Positions 1 through 10,489 are shown, numbered from the stretch's first letter. The stretch: 64,000 nt of DNA from Alphaproteobacteria bacterium (GCA_964291395.2 OZ219858.1:1120001-1184000); one strand, 5' to 3'. Translations and numbers: made by a program. Notes: generated by a model not told the origin, from the letters alone.

Positions 1-448
1 CACCGTCGCGCCAGCCGCGCCGCGGCTCCCGCGTCAGGCTGACCGAACCGCGGCGCTGGGCCCAGCCGTACATTTCGCGACCCACCGCCATCTCGGCGTC
101 GGAACTGCACCACAGCAGCGCCGGCCAGTAGCCCGGTTCGCCATCGAGCGTCACCGCGATGCCGACCACCGCCTCGGTTTGCTGCGCGAGGTCGGGGTGC
201 GTTTGCGCGAACGATTCGCCGTGCCCGCAATCGCACACGAAATCGAGCACCGTGAGGCGCACCACCGGATCCTCGGCGACCTCCAGCGGCGGTGGCACGA
301 GCCCGCGCAAGTCCAGGCGCAGGCTCACGCTGGCCGCATAGCCTTCGAACTTCCAGGGCGGCGGGCCGTAGAGCGCGAACCGTCCGTCGGCCCCCAAGGG
401 CGCCGAAAACCCGCGCCATGCACCGCCGGACTTGCTTTCCAAGTTCAT
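1..448 (-). CDS. Acetoacetate decarboxylase-like (ADC superfamily) protein, 3' end runs off window
   Basis: Not in ORF track. Manual translation from ATG at 448: MNLESKSGGAWRGFSAPLGADGRFALYGPPPWKFEGY...SSDAEMAVGREMYGWAQRRG. Clear paralogue of 22114..22962. Confidence 0.8.
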   Translation of the reverse strand, partial: MNLESKSGGAWRGFSAPLGADGRFALYGPPPWKFEGYAASVSLRLDLRGLVPPPLEVAEDPVVRLTVLDFVCDCGHGESFAQTHPDLAQQTEAVVGIAVTLDGEPGYWPALLWCSSDAEMAVGREMYGWAQRRGSVSLTREPRRGWRDG

Positions 449-576
449 AAATGGCCCGGATTAGGGTCGAGGGTAAGGACAACTCATCGCACGGCGCGAC
501 GAGCCACTATGGAATGATCGTACCATAGCCGCTAGATTGCAATGGTTGGTGTTCGACTCGCCTTAGGGAGGACACA

Positions 577-1623
577 ATGTCGAAAAAGCAGAGTGACTGG
601 ACCCGGCGTCAGACGCTTAAAACAGCAGGCGCCGCCGTCGGTGGTAGCTTGGTCGGTATTACCGGTTTTCCAGCACTTACCCGTTCAGCGCAGCAGAAGA
701 GGTTCCTCAAACCGATCGTTGCCGGGCTGAACGCACCGGCCGGGGATCCGTCCTATATCTCAATCTCCGAGATCCCACGCATTTTGCGGGAGAAGTACGA
801 CGTACAGCTGGAGATTCAGGCGCACCCGAGTTCGACCCTGGGGTCCGATGTTTCGCACCTCGAAGCCGTTCAGAACGGTTTCATCGATATCACGAGCCAC
901 GGGCAGAGCCAGTGGGGTACGTTGACCGACGCGTGGTTGTTTACCGACCTGCCCTATGTGTTCACCGACTGGGACATGGCCGCGCGATTCGTCAAGTCAG
1001 ACCTGCATTGGCAGCAGGCCAAGCGCATGGAGGAGCAGCTTCCGATCAAGGTGCTGCCACCGACGGCCGCGAGCGGCTTCCGTATGCTGTCCAACAGCAC
1101 CAAACAGCTCCGTGTTCCAACAGACAACACCGGGCTCAAGTACCGGACTACGGGATCGCCGATCGAGATCGAGCTCATCAAGGCGTGGAAGGGCAATCCC
1201 ACGCCGATGGCATGGACCGAGACCTACACCGCGTTGCAAACGGGCGTCGTCAACGGCATCCACGTGCAACCGTTGTGGACCTTCAAGTTCCGCATGCACG
1301 AGGTCCTGAAGCACGCCACGGAGGTCAAGGCCGGTTTTTCGATCCAGGTCCAGGTGATGAACCGCCATACGTTCAACGCCATGCCCGAGAGCATCCAAAA
1401 GCCGTTCATGATGGCGGCGCAGGAAGCGGCGACGCTCGGTTGGGAGTTGGATCGCAGCCTGGAGGAAAAGTCGAAGACCGACCTCAAGGCCGAAGGCATG
1501 GAGATCTATACGCCGACACGCCGCGAGGCGGCGATGTGGCGCGAAGAAGGTGAATCCGTGTGGAGTAAGTTCGACATCGACCAATCGCTGTTGAACGCCA
1601 TGCGCGACCTAAGAACCGCCTAG
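577..1623 (+). CDS. dctP: TRAP transporter substrate-binding protein (DctP family) with Tat signal
   Basis: TRRQTLK twin-arginine signal; GLKYR, PTPMAWTETYTALQTGVVNG DctP motifs; GGGAGG RBS. Confidence 0.9.
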   Translation: MSKKQSDWTRRQTLKTAGAAVGGSLVGITGFPALTRSAQQKRFLKPIVAGLNAPAGDPSYISISEIPRILREKYDVQLEIQAHPSSTLGSDVSHLEAVQNGFIDITSHGQSQWGTLTDAWLFTDLPYVFTDWDMAARFVKSDLHWQQAKRMEEQLPIKVLPPTAASGFRMLSNSTKQLRVPTDNTGLKYRTTGSPIEIELIKAWKGNPTPMAWTETYTALQTGVVNGIHVQPLWTFKFRMHEVLKHATEVKAGFSIQVQVMNRHTFNAMPESIQKPFMMAAQEAATLGWELDRSLEEKSKTDLKAEGMEIYTPTRREAAMWREEGESVWSKFDIDQSLLNAMRDLRTA

Positions 1624-1682
1624 TCCTCAAGTACGGAGGAGTCCGTCGCGCGGTAGTGCGCGGCGGACCCGTCGGTTTCGCA

Positions 1683-2561
1683 ATGCAAGAGATGTTTCGC
1701 GGCCTTGTCGCCATCGACGAAGGTCAGATCCACTTCCGGGCTGCGGTCCCGGATGCGCCGCAGGGACCGCCGCTGCTCATGTTTCATGCCTCGCCATGGT
1801 CGTCGTTGTCGCTCGCGCGGCTTGCCGGGATCATCGGACAGTCTCGTGTGGTGATCGCGTTGGATACCCTGGGACAGGGCGATTCGTGTCCGCCGCGCGG
1901 CGGCGAGGTCGACATGACCTACGTGGCCGACGCCATGTACCGGGCGTATCGGGCGTCCGAGTACGCGGAAGCCCGCTTCGATCTGTTCGGCACCCATACC
2001 GGCGCCCGCATCGGGCTGGAGATCGCGCTGGCGCATCCCGACGCTGCGCGGCGTTTGATCCTCGACGGCATGGGCCTGGGGGGCGGGTACTACGACGAAT
2101 ACGCGCGCACCGTTGATCTCAGCGCCCATATCGACCAGGACGGCACGCAGTTCCTCAAAGCCTGGCAGAAACTGCGGGACGGACACATTTTCTGGCCGCC
2201 TTATCGACGCGACGCCGAACACCTGCGGCAGAAGGACCTGCCCTCGGCCGAGGCGCTGCATGAGGAAGCGATGCAGGTTTTCAAGAGCATCGAGGCGGGT
2301 CACTTGGCCTACCTCGCGGCGCTCAAATACCCGGCCCAGGAACGCCTTCCACAACTGAAGGTGCCGACGCTCGTCAGTTGTGCCCGCCGCGACAGCCCCT
2401 ACCGCTTCCTCGACGACGTTGTGGCGCTGGTGCCCAACGCGACCCGCGCTGAACACCCGGCCGACAGCGCCATCGGCGAGGCCACCGACGACGAACTCGC
2501 TCAATTGAGCGCCATGTTCACGTCATGGCTCGACCAAGAGGCCACCCAGAAGACGGCCTAG
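1683..2561 (+). CDS. Alpha/beta hydrolase fold protein with atypical GTHTG elbow
   Basis: LLMFHASP, IALDTLGQGDS, LFGTHTGARIG, PTLV motifs. Confidence 0.8.
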   Translation: MQEMFRGLVAIDEGQIHFRAAVPDAPQGPPLLMFHASPWSSLSLARLAGIIGQSRVVIALDTLGQGDSCPPRGGEVDMTYVADAMYRAYRASEYAEARFDLFGTHTGARIGLEIALAHPDAARRLILDGMGLGGGYYDEYARTVDLSAHIDQDGTQFLKAWQKLRDGHIFWPPYRRDAEHLRQKDLPSAEALHEEAMQVFKSIEAGHLAYLAALKYPAQERLPQLKVPTLVSCARRDSPYRFLDDVVALVPNATRAEHPADSAIGEATDDELAQLSAMFTSWLDQEATQKTA

Positions 2562-2591
2562 AACGGCTCGCGGCTACGGGAGGACGGGCAC

Positions 2592-2873
2592 CTAGCCCAC
2601 GCGCCCGAGGGCATCCACCATTTGGTCGTAGTTGAGGGCGGGCATCGACTCGATCGTGCCGAGCCCCTCTTTGTGGTACCAGACCGAGAACGCGAGCATT
2701 GCCTCGGGGTCGGGTACATCGACGATGTCGACGAAGTCGAAGGGCCCTTGGACGTAGGTTCCCAAGACATGCTTGATCCCGAGCTTTTCGAGCATGGCCC
2801 GGCTTCGATCGCGACGCTCGATGGGACGGTCCATCCAGGACGGGTCGTGTTTGCCGATGAACACATAACGCAT
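2592..2873 (-). CDS. GYD domain protein (93 aa)
   Basis: MRYVFIGK...QGPFDFVDIVDVPD...ESMPA pattern; GAGG RBS before ATG 2873. Confidence 0.75.
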   Translation of the reverse strand: MRYVFIGKHDPSWMDRPIERRDRSRAMLEKLGIKHVLGTYVQGPFDFVDIVDVPDPEAMLAFSVWYHKEGLGTIESMPALNYDQMVDALGRVG

Positions 2874-3042
2874 GGGGCACCTCGCTCGTTGGTTGGGGCC
2901 GGCAGTTGATCTGACGGGCGTCAGTGTGACGGCAGCGCCAGTCGATGGCAAAGTCCGCAGCGAACACGACCACGGCGACATCTCTTAATTTCGTTTGTAT
3001 CGACGACGCAATCTTTCCAGTAACTGGAGAGTAAACGAGCCG

Positions 3043-3297
3043 ATGATCAATATTTCGGCGGCGGACCGGATGGACTCGGGATACAGGACATACGACGACA
3101 GCGCGGCACGGAAACTGATGTTCGTGCGCCGGGCGGGAGAGTTCGGGTTCTCGATCGACGAATGCCGTGAGCTGCTGAGCCATCCGATCCTGGCCGTTGT
3201 CCGTTGTATGGACGCCTCCCGGATCGCAAGGACCGATTTCGGTGTGACGGTCAGGCAGATTGCAGAATCGCGAGCGGCCGGTCGGGGACATTCTTGA
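3043..3297 (+). pseudogene. MerR/CueR-family regulator fragment
   Basis: SGYRTYD...LMFVRRAGEFGFSIDECRELL matches the MerR wing and helix; N-terminal HTH and C-terminus are missing. Confidence 0.65.
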
Positions 3298-4496
3298 ACA
3301 CGCCCTTGGTAATCGCGGGCGGGGAGTTGCCGGACAGGATTTAAAGCTTTCCGGCGGGATCCGTTCGCAGATAGGTTTCCGTGCTCTGGATGCTGGCATG
3401 ACCCAGCCAAGGGGAAACCTAGCGTACGTATCCGGTGGCTTCCAGGTAGCGGCAAGCGCAGCTATGCCTCAATATGTGAGAAAAGATCTGCTTGTCGGCA
3501 ATGGACGGTGCTGTCGTCGTTGCGCTTTGGACGTGGAGCGCTAGGCGACGCGCGAATCCGTGCCGGCTCGTGGCGGTTCCCCTGGCGTTCAGGAACACGT
3601 GATGATCCGCAACCTCGGGACGGACATAAGATCGAGGGACGTCGCCCAGCCATTATCGCGATTCCGGAGGCAGTCGACGTAACTACCCCGCTCGCGGACG
3701 ACGATCCTGCTGTCGTCATGACGCCACTTGCCGAACCTGATCGTCGTCGAGCAACCCCGTCGATGTTCTCCCAACTGCGAGCGCGGACAGAGCCCACGTG
3801 TACAGCTATCTCGGCGGCACCGAGACCGGCAAATCCTACGAGTTCACCATGCCGAAAAACCTGGCCTTGCACACGGCGGGCACTATTCAAAAGCTGGCGA
3901 ATCCGGCAGGTGCCCGGAGCACGGCCAAGCGCGCCGGGCGAACGTGATCTTGTAGGAAGGCGTGCACGGACACCTGGACCTGCCCAACGTCCACCTTGAC
4001 CAAGAGGTCGAGCAGGTGCCGGGTGTCGATCCCGCCCATCACGTCCCATCACACCATCTGGGGACTCTGACTCCAAGGATTCTGCTTCTCTACACCTCCA
4101 GAGGCTCATCGGTTATGACTTCGGCGGCCCATTCCTGGGTTTCGTCAACGGAGACGACCCCAAGTCGGTACTGGACTACGGAAGGCCGGGAACTCGGGGT
4201 CGCGGCCGGCGGCCGGGAGACCGAAGCGGCTTCGGCGGCGCAAGGCGCAGAGACAGCTTCGGTGGGAGAGCGGAAACCCCCATGAACACAATGGTTTACG
4301 CAGGTTTCCCGGGGCCGGGGAGCCGGTCTCTACGCCCCCCGAATTGTGCACGATAGCTGTTGTTATCGGGCGTAGTTTTTCAACATCCGCTCCGAAGTAT
4401 TGACACGGATCGGCGCGCGCGGGTGAAGTCGGGCGCGAACGGCGTATCGCCCGGTGAATGTCGGGTGTCGCCCGCGTCGGATTTTGGGAGGAACAC

Positions 4497-4946
4497 ATGG
4501 CGAAGGCAGCGCAGAAGACATCGAAGCCGGCGGAAAAGGCCGCGAAACAGCACGGGAAGCGGACCGGCTCCCGGCGCATCCCCGGCCATCCCTATCCCGA
4601 GCCCGAGGCCAAGCGCGTTCGTACCGCCAAAGGCCACCGTCCCTACTTCTTCGACGATCCCAACACCGACAAGCTGCTGGCCATGATCATGGCCCTGGCG
4701 GGGGAGGTGTCCGTCATCCGCGAGCGCATGGACACGCACGAGCGTCTCGCGCAGGAGAAGAAGTGGGCGACGCACGAGGCGATCGAAGATTACGAGCCCG
4801 ACGAGGTCACCGAGGCCTACCGCGCCCAATGGCGCGCCGACTACATCGGGCGCATCCTTCGCATCGTTCAGGTCGAGCTCGACCACATCGCAAGCGGGGA
4901 GACCCACGAGGACTACGACAAGATCGTCGAGGAAGTCTCGAAGTAG
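4497..4946 (+). CDS. Hypothetical protein (KGxRPYFFDDP...EVSVIRERMDTHERL type)
   Basis: GGAGG RBS, strong GC3 bias, helical/coiled-coil character. Confidence 0.8.
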   Translation: MAKAAQKTSKPAEKAAKQHGKRTGSRRIPGHPYPEPEAKRVRTAKGHRPYFFDDPNTDKLLAMIMALAGEVSVIRERMDTHERLAQEKKWATHEAIEDYEPDEVTEAYRAQWRADYIGRILRIVQVELDHIASGETHEDYDKIVEEVSK

Positions 4947-5006
4947 TTCCGCGTCATGAAGGTTGTAGAAGGAGCGGCTACCCCGCAGTCTCGGTCAGCG
5001 GGAGGC

Positions 5007-6191
5007 CTACAGCTTCCGGCCGCCGAAGATCGTCGAGCCAATGATCTCGCCGCCCGCATCCTGCACCGGCTCGTAGACGACGCTGCCGTCGGCCTGTGAC
5101 ACCGGCCACGCCTCGCTTATGGTCTCCCTCGCGAAGCCGGCGTCCGCCAACAGTTCGCGGGCGTCGGTATGATGCAGCGTGCCCCAGAAGGGCTCGGCGT
5201 TGTAGTGCGTGTCCCAGTCCCAGTAGTAGGCCTGGTAGTCGTCGAGGCCCCGGGCGAACTGGGTATCGAGGTGCATCGTCACGCCGCCCTTGCGCAGCAC
5301 GCGGTAGCACTCCTCAAGAATGCGTGGCGCCGCCTTGGCCGAGGTTTCGTGGAACAGGCCGTGCGAGACCACGAGGTCGAAGGACTCGTCGTCGAAGGAG
5401 AGGGTTTCGGCGTTTTCCTGACGGAAGTGCACGGCGACGCCGAGATATTCCGCGCGGGCATGGGCATAGCGCAGTGACGGCGCCGCGACATCGATGCCGT
5501 AGACTTCGGCGTCGGGGAAACGCTCGGCGTACGGGACCGTGCTGCCCCCGATGGTACAGCCGAGATCGACGATTCGGCGCGGCTCAAGGTCCGGAAATCG
5601 CTGCTTTATATAGTTGATGAGGGTATAGCCCGGAATCGCGCGTTGCAGGCGTTCGCGGTTGTCCCGGTAATCGAGGGCGGCCGAGCCGCGGATCGGCAGG
5701 CCATAGTAATAGGCACCGCGGTCGAACACCGCGCCGGCGTAGACGTCGTCCTCGGCGATGTCGGTGTGGTAGCCGCCCGGCATGCAGTGGATATCGATCG
5801 AGGCGTTGTAGCTCGGGACCTCCAGGTTCGGGTCCAGCGTCAGGCTGCCCTTCGGCTTACCGATACGGCTCTTCTCGATGAGTTCCGGCAGCTGGTGCAG
5901 CACGATCTCGCCGACGGTATCCCAGTTCATTTCCTGGATGGTGCGGGCAATCGAGCTCCAGGTCTGGACGAAAGGATCCTCTTCCATGGCATGGCGCCAT
6001 TCCACCCGCCCCTTGGGATCGCGGCCATGCCGCGCCCGGAACCTGGGCGCGACGCGGGTACGTCCGACGACCGAGTCGGCGGGGTAGACGTGGTCCTCCA
6101 TGTGCATCTTGAGGCTGGCGATAAAGTTCTGGCGGGCCAGCTCGTCGCTGGTCGGCAGCGGCATCATCGGGTGCGCATAGGGCTGCTTCAT
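5007..6191 (-). CDS. Class I SAM-dependent methyltransferase with long N-terminal extension
   Basis: IVDLGCTIG motif I, GIDVA motif II, FDLVVSHGLFHE, RVLRKGG. Confidence 0.9.
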   Translation of the reverse strand: MKQPYAHPMMPLPTSDELARQNFIASLKMHMEDHVYPADSVVGRTRVAPRFRARHGRDPKGRVEWRHAMEEDPFVQTWSSIARTIQEMNWDTVGEIVLHQLPELIEKSRIGKPKGSLTLDPNLEVPSYNASIDIHCMPGGYHTDIAEDDVYAGAVFDRGAYYYGLPIRGSAALDYRDNRERLQRAIPGYTLINYIKQRFPDLEPRRIVDLGCTIGGSTVPYAERFPDAEVYGIDVAAPSLRYAHARAEYLGVAVHFRQENAETLSFDDESFDLVVSHGLFHETSAKAAPRILEECYRVLRKGGVTMHLDTQFARGLDDYQAYYWDWDTHYNAEPFWGTLHHTDARELLADAGFARETISEAWPVSQADGSVVYEPVQDAGGEIIGSTIFGGRKL

Positions 6192-6237
6192 GGTCGAACT
6201 CCTCGAATCGCCGGGTTAGTGTACACGAATAGCACTA

Positions 6238-6330
6238 TGAAACGGCAAGTGGTCTGCCGGTTGCCCGAGCTCGGCTTCGTGGATCGACGCGAGAACGTGA
6301 TCCTGCTCGGCCCGCCCGCTGTGGGTAACT
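6238..6330 (+). mobile_element. IS21-family IstB fragment
   Basis: LPELGFVDRRENVILLGPPAVG resembles the IstB F-(x)-ENVILLGPPGVGK Walker A region, degenerate. Confidence 0.65.
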
Positions 6331-6602
6331 GGCTTGTCGCCGCCAGACTCGTGGGCGGTCGCGTCGCCAAGCCAATTACCCACAGCTCCGCCGAGTCCAA
6401 CACCCGCTTGGGGGTACGCCCCACACCCAAAGTGTTCAGTTTTCGTTTGCCATCGACACGTTGGCCGATCGCCCGCTAGCTGGTGCCTCCGACGATGCGG
6501 GCCTCGGCAGAATGCAAGCCAATGAGCTTCGTGCCGTCTACGCATTTCTTCCTGTTGCGCTGGGTGACTAATGATTTCTCCGTGTTCTGTGCTCGCCGAC
6601 CG

Positions 6603-7589
6603 CTATTGCTGCAGCGGCAGCGTGTTCGATCCATCATCGATGCGGATGCAGGCGGCGGAGTGATCCTCACCATTCAGCGCCCGCGCCTCCGGCATGGCCT
6701 GCCTACACGCTGCAATCGGGATTGGGCAGCGCGGCTCAAAGGGACACCCCGGCGGAAGATTGATCGGTCCCGGCACCTCACCTTCGAGGAGATGTCTCTG
6801 CGGCGGCTGTGCGGGGTCGGCCGGCAGGTGAGCCGACAGAAGCGACTGTGTGTAGGGATGCGCTGGCCGCTCGAAGACCTCCTTTGCAGGCCCCGACTCG
6901 ACGATCGAGCCGAGGTAGAGGACGAGGATCCGGTCGCTGACAAAGCTCAGCGTCTCCAGATCATGCGAGATGAACAGCATCGCCGCACCGGTCGCCTCCT
7001 GCAGTTCCCGGAGTAACTCCAAAATGCTTATCCGCACAGAAAGATCGAGCGAGCTGGTGGGCTCGTCGAGAACGATGAGCTCAGGATTCGACGCGATCGC
7101 CCGCGCAATACACACGCGTTGAAGCTGGCCACCCGACAGTTCGTTGGGAAAGCGGGTCAGGAGGGCGGCGTTTAACCGCACTCGTTCGGCCAGTTCGAGC
7201 GTGCGGTCGCGTCTTGCCTCCCTGTCGAGATCCGTGTGCAACATCAGCATTTCGCTGATCAGCCTGCCAACCCGCATTCTCGGATTGAGCGCCCGGTAAG
7301 GGTCCTGAAAAATGATCTGAATCTTCCCTCGCAAGGATCGGCATTGGCTTTCCGGCAGATGCGTGATGTCACGGCCGCGAAACAGGATCGTCCCGCCCGT
7401 GGGCTCGAGCAAACGGATCACGCAGCGGCCAATCGTTGTCTTGCCGGACCCGCTTTCACCGACCAGTCCAAGTGTTTCACCCGGATACAGGGAGAACGTC
7501 ACATCGTTGACGGCGTGCACCTTTTCGCCACGCGTCTGACCCGTGAAGTGTTTGACGAGGCCTCCGACCGATACAACAGGTTCCGGCAT
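6603..7589 (-). CDS. Peptide/nickel ABC transporter ATP-binding protein (DppF-like)
   Basis: GESGSGKT, LSGGQLQR, LDEPTSSLD, HPYT, GCPFEPRCP. Confidence 0.92.
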   Translation of the reverse strand: MPEPVVSVGGLVKHFTGQTRGEKVHAVNDVTFSLYPGETLGLVGESGSGKTTIGRCVIRLLEPTGGTILFRGRDITHLPESQCRSLRGKIQIIFQDPYRALNPRMRVGRLISEMLMLHTDLDREARRDRTLELAERVRLNAALLTRFPNELSGGQLQRVCIARAIASNPELIVLDEPTSSLDLSVRISILELLRELQEATGAAMLFISHDLETLSFVSDRILVLYLGSIVESGPAKEVFERPAHPYTQSLLSAHLPADPAQPPQRHLLEGEVPGPINLPPGCPFEPRCPIPIAACRQAMPEARALNGEDHSAACIRIDDGSNTLPLQQ

Positions 7590-7593
7590 CGCT

Positions 7594-8589
7594 CTATCTT
7601 TCAGCGGCCCATGGTTGTTCAGAAGCGAGATGGCACGCGGCGAAGTGGGTCGCGCCGAGATCGACATCTGGCGGTACAGCGGCACAGATGTCGGCAGCAA
7701 ACTCGCAACGGTCGCTGTAGTGGCAACCTTGCGGCAGATCATATAGGTTGGGTGGCGGTCCTCCGGAGGTCGGTGCCTGGCCGAGTTGCGCCACGCGGCT
7801 TGGCGTGGAGTTGATGAGAGCTCGTGTATACGGATGCCGCGCGTCTTTGAAAACGGCCGCCACGGGACCTTGCTCCACCACTCGTCCAGCGAACATGACG
7901 GCCATCTTGCTGCAATAGTGGGCGACGATCCCCAGATCATGCGTGATAATGATTGCGCTCAGCCCGCGCTCTTGCACGAGATCAAGGAGCAGGTCGAGGA
8001 TTTGCGCCTGCACGGTCACGTCAAGCCCCGTCGTCGGTTCATCGGCGATAAGCAGGCGTGGGCCGTTGATCAACGCCATAGCGATCAGCACCCTTTGCGC
8101 CATGCCCCCCGATAACTCGTGGGGCCATGCGCGGCTCCTCGCTTCGGGATTCGGGATGCCCACCGTGCGCAACATCGCCACGGCGCGCCGCTCCGCTTCG
8201 GCCTCGCCAATATCTTGGTGAACCAGTTGTATACGAACGAGTTGCCGGCCGATGCGCTTGAGCGGATCAAGTGACGACACGGGCGATTGCACGATCATCG
8301 TGATCTCTTTCCCGCGCAACTGGTCGAGTTCGTCCCGTTTCATATTCGTAAGTTCGTGACCATCGAAACTCACCGATCCGTCGACAACGCGTGCCGGCGG
8401 TGACAGCAGTCCCATGATGGACATCGCGGTGAGCGACTTGCCGGCGCCGGTCTCGCCAACGAGACCCATGATCTCACCGTTCTCAAGGCTGAACGACACG
8501 CCATTCAGCCCCTTTGCTACCCTGAGCTCGTCATTGAGGTCGCGGCTGATGAAGTGAGTATGGAGGTTTTTGACCTCGAGCAGACTCAT
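7594..8589 (-). CDS. Peptide/nickel ABC transporter ATP-binding protein (DppD-like)
   Basis: MSLLEVKNL start, GETGAGKS, LSGGMAQR, ADEPTTGLD, HPYT. Confidence 0.92.
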   Translation of the reverse strand: MSLLEVKNLHTHFISRDLNDELRVAKGLNGVSFSLENGEIMGLVGETGAGKSLTAMSIMGLLSPPARVVDGSVSFDGHELTNMKRDELDQLRGKEITMIVQSPVSSLDPLKRIGRQLVRIQLVHQDIGEAEAERRAVAMLRTVGIPNPEARSRAWPHELSGGMAQRVLIAMALINGPRLLIADEPTTGLDVTVQAQILDLLLDLVQERGLSAIIITHDLGIVAHYCSKMAVMFAGRVVEQGPVAAVFKDARHPYTRALINSTPSRVAQLGQAPTSGGPPPNLYDLPQGCHYSDRCEFAADICAAVPPDVDLGATHFAACHLASEQPWAAER

Positions 8590-9476
8590 TCGTTTGTAGT
8601 CTTGCCTTTGGGGTCGAGGAGGTCGTGAAGCCCATCGCCCATTAGGTTGAAGCCAAGCACGATTCCGACGAGGGCAAGGCCGGGAAACAGCGCGATCCAC
8701 CATTGACCACTGATCAAAAACTCGGCGCCCTGACGGATCATCGCCCCCCATTCAGGCGCCGGAGCCTGAATACCAACACCAAGAAACGCGAGTGTCGCGC
8801 TCGCCCGCACGGCCCAAGCCATGCGAAGCGCAATCTGAGCTGTCGCACCGCTGATGGCGTTCGGCATGATGTGAACAAACAGGACCCGGCGGAGAGGATT
8901 TCCCGCCGCAACGGCAGCCTCGACATAGCCGCCCGAGCGAAGCGCAAGCACTTCGGCTCGCACGACTCGGGCGAAGATCGGCGCCTCAACGAGTCCAAGG
9001 ACAACGATCACATTGAGGAGCGTCTGGCCGGTCGCGGCGACGACCGCAAGGGCCAAGATAATGGCGGGAAACGAGCGCATGACGTCGAGAATGCGCAGGA
9101 GAATCTCGTCGAGGATGCCGCCCTTGTACCCGGCGATCAGACCCAACGGTACGCCGATCGCGATCATCAGCATGACAGCGGGAATTGCTATCCCAAACGC
9201 AAAGCGCGAGCCATAGATCACGCGCGACAATACGTCCATTCCGTTGCCATCAGTGCCGAACAGGAAATTCCCGCTGGGTGGCTCAAGGACGTCAAAAGGA
9301 AACGCCTTGATCGGATCAAACGGTGTCAGGACCGGCGCAAAGACAGCGAGCATGGCGAAGAAAATGACGATCGCAAAGCCAGCAGCGAACGTCGGGCTCC
9401 GCCGGGCAATGCCCCGCGGACGGTACAGCCACGGCATCCGCGTCCGCCAAGGCTGAGCTAGCGTATCGGCCATCAT
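8586..9476 (-). CDS. Peptide ABC transporter permease (DppC-like)
   Basis: FGTDGNGMDVLSR, EAA loop, PEWGAMI, GDGLHDLLDP. Confidence 0.92.
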   Translation of the reverse strand: MMADTLAQPWRTRMPWLYRPRGIARRSPTFAAGFAIVIFFAMLAVFAPVLTPFDPIKAFPFDVLEPPSGNFLFGTDGNGMDVLSRVIYGSRFAFGIAIPAVMLMIAIGVPLGLIAGYKGGILDEILLRILDVMRSFPAIILALAVVAATGQTLLNVIVVLGLVEAPIFARVVRAEVLALRSGGYVEAAVAAGNPLRRVLFVHIMPNAISGATAQIALRMAWAVRASATLAFLGVGIQAPAPEWGAMIRQGAEFLISGQWWIALFPGLALVGIVLGFNLMGDGLHDLLDPKGKTTNE

Positions 9477-10489
9477 TGCCGGAGCGCCGCTCGTGGCTCG
9501 AAAAGCAACACAATGAGATCAACGAAGAGGAAAACAAATGCGGAAAAGGACGCCAGGACCAGCACATAGCCCTGCACGGCGGCAAAGTCTCCGAACAGGA
9601 TTGCGTTGAGGCCCCACTGGCCGAGGCCACCCCAGGCGAATATCAGCTCGATCAGAGAGACGGCCAGGAGCATTGTGGCGACCTCCGAACCAATGAACGT
9701 CACCACGGGGACGAAGCTTGCACGCATCGCAATCCGGCGCACCAGGCGCGGGCCGTACCCGCAGGCACGCGCATAGCGGATGAAATCGCTTCCCATGGCC
9801 TCAAGCGCGATGGCTCGGGTCTGCTTAATTATCGGTGCCGACACGATTATGGCGAAAACGATTACCGGCAGCATGAGCCGATGCGCCGCGGACAGGGCGG
9901 CATCCCACCGCCCCGTGATCAACGCGTCGATGAGATAGCTGCCCGTAATGTCAGGCGGGGGAAAGACTTCCATGCCGATTCGGCCCAGCGGCGCGGCGGC
10001 CCACCGCAAAAGGTAAAAGAAGACAAACGTGGCTACCAGGGCAAACCAATAAGTCGGGATTGAGAAGCCGACCAGCGACCCAAAACGCGAGACCTGATCG
10101 AACAGACGATTAGGCCGGTACGCCGCATAGAGACCGACAGGGATCCCAACGATCGTCCCAACGAGGATGGCGAGCACAAGTAGCTCAAGGCTCGCGGGAA
10201 GACGCAAAAGGATTTCGTCGAGGACGGGCTCGTTGGACTGCCAGGACTTCCCCAAATCGCCCTGCAGGAGATTGCCCATGTAGACCAGGAACTGCTCGAA
10301 GATTGGCCGGTCAAGACCCAAACTGCGTCTGATCTCCGCAATCTCCGATTCGTTCGCCATTGGGCCCGCCAGCATTCCGACGGCATCTTGGCCACCAATG
10401 CGCACCAGCATGAACGTCACGAAGATGATCCCGAACAGCAACGGGATCATGAGCAGCAAACGGCGCACGAGGAATCGATAGGGGCTCAT
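9473..10489 (-). CDS. Peptide ABC transporter permease (DppB-like)
   Basis: LGLDRP, GDLGKS, RLPASLEL, SIPTYW, IELIFAWGGLG. Confidence 0.92.
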   Translation of the reverse strand: MSPYRFLVRRLLLMIPLLFGIIFVTFMLVRIGGQDAVGMLAGPMANESEIAEIRRSLGLDRPIFEQFLVYMGNLLQGDLGKSWQSNEPVLDEILLRLPASLELLVLAILVGTIVGIPVGLYAAYRPNRLFDQVSRFGSLVGFSIPTYWFALVATFVFFYLLRWAAAPLGRIGMEVFPPPDITGSYLIDALITGRWDAALSAAHRLMLPVIVFAIIVSAPIIKQTRAIALEAMGSDFIRYARACGYGPRLVRRIAMRASFVPVVTFIGSEVATMLLAVSLIELIFAWGGLGQWGLNAILFGDFAAVQGYVLVLASFSAFVFLFVDLIVLLFEPRAALRQ

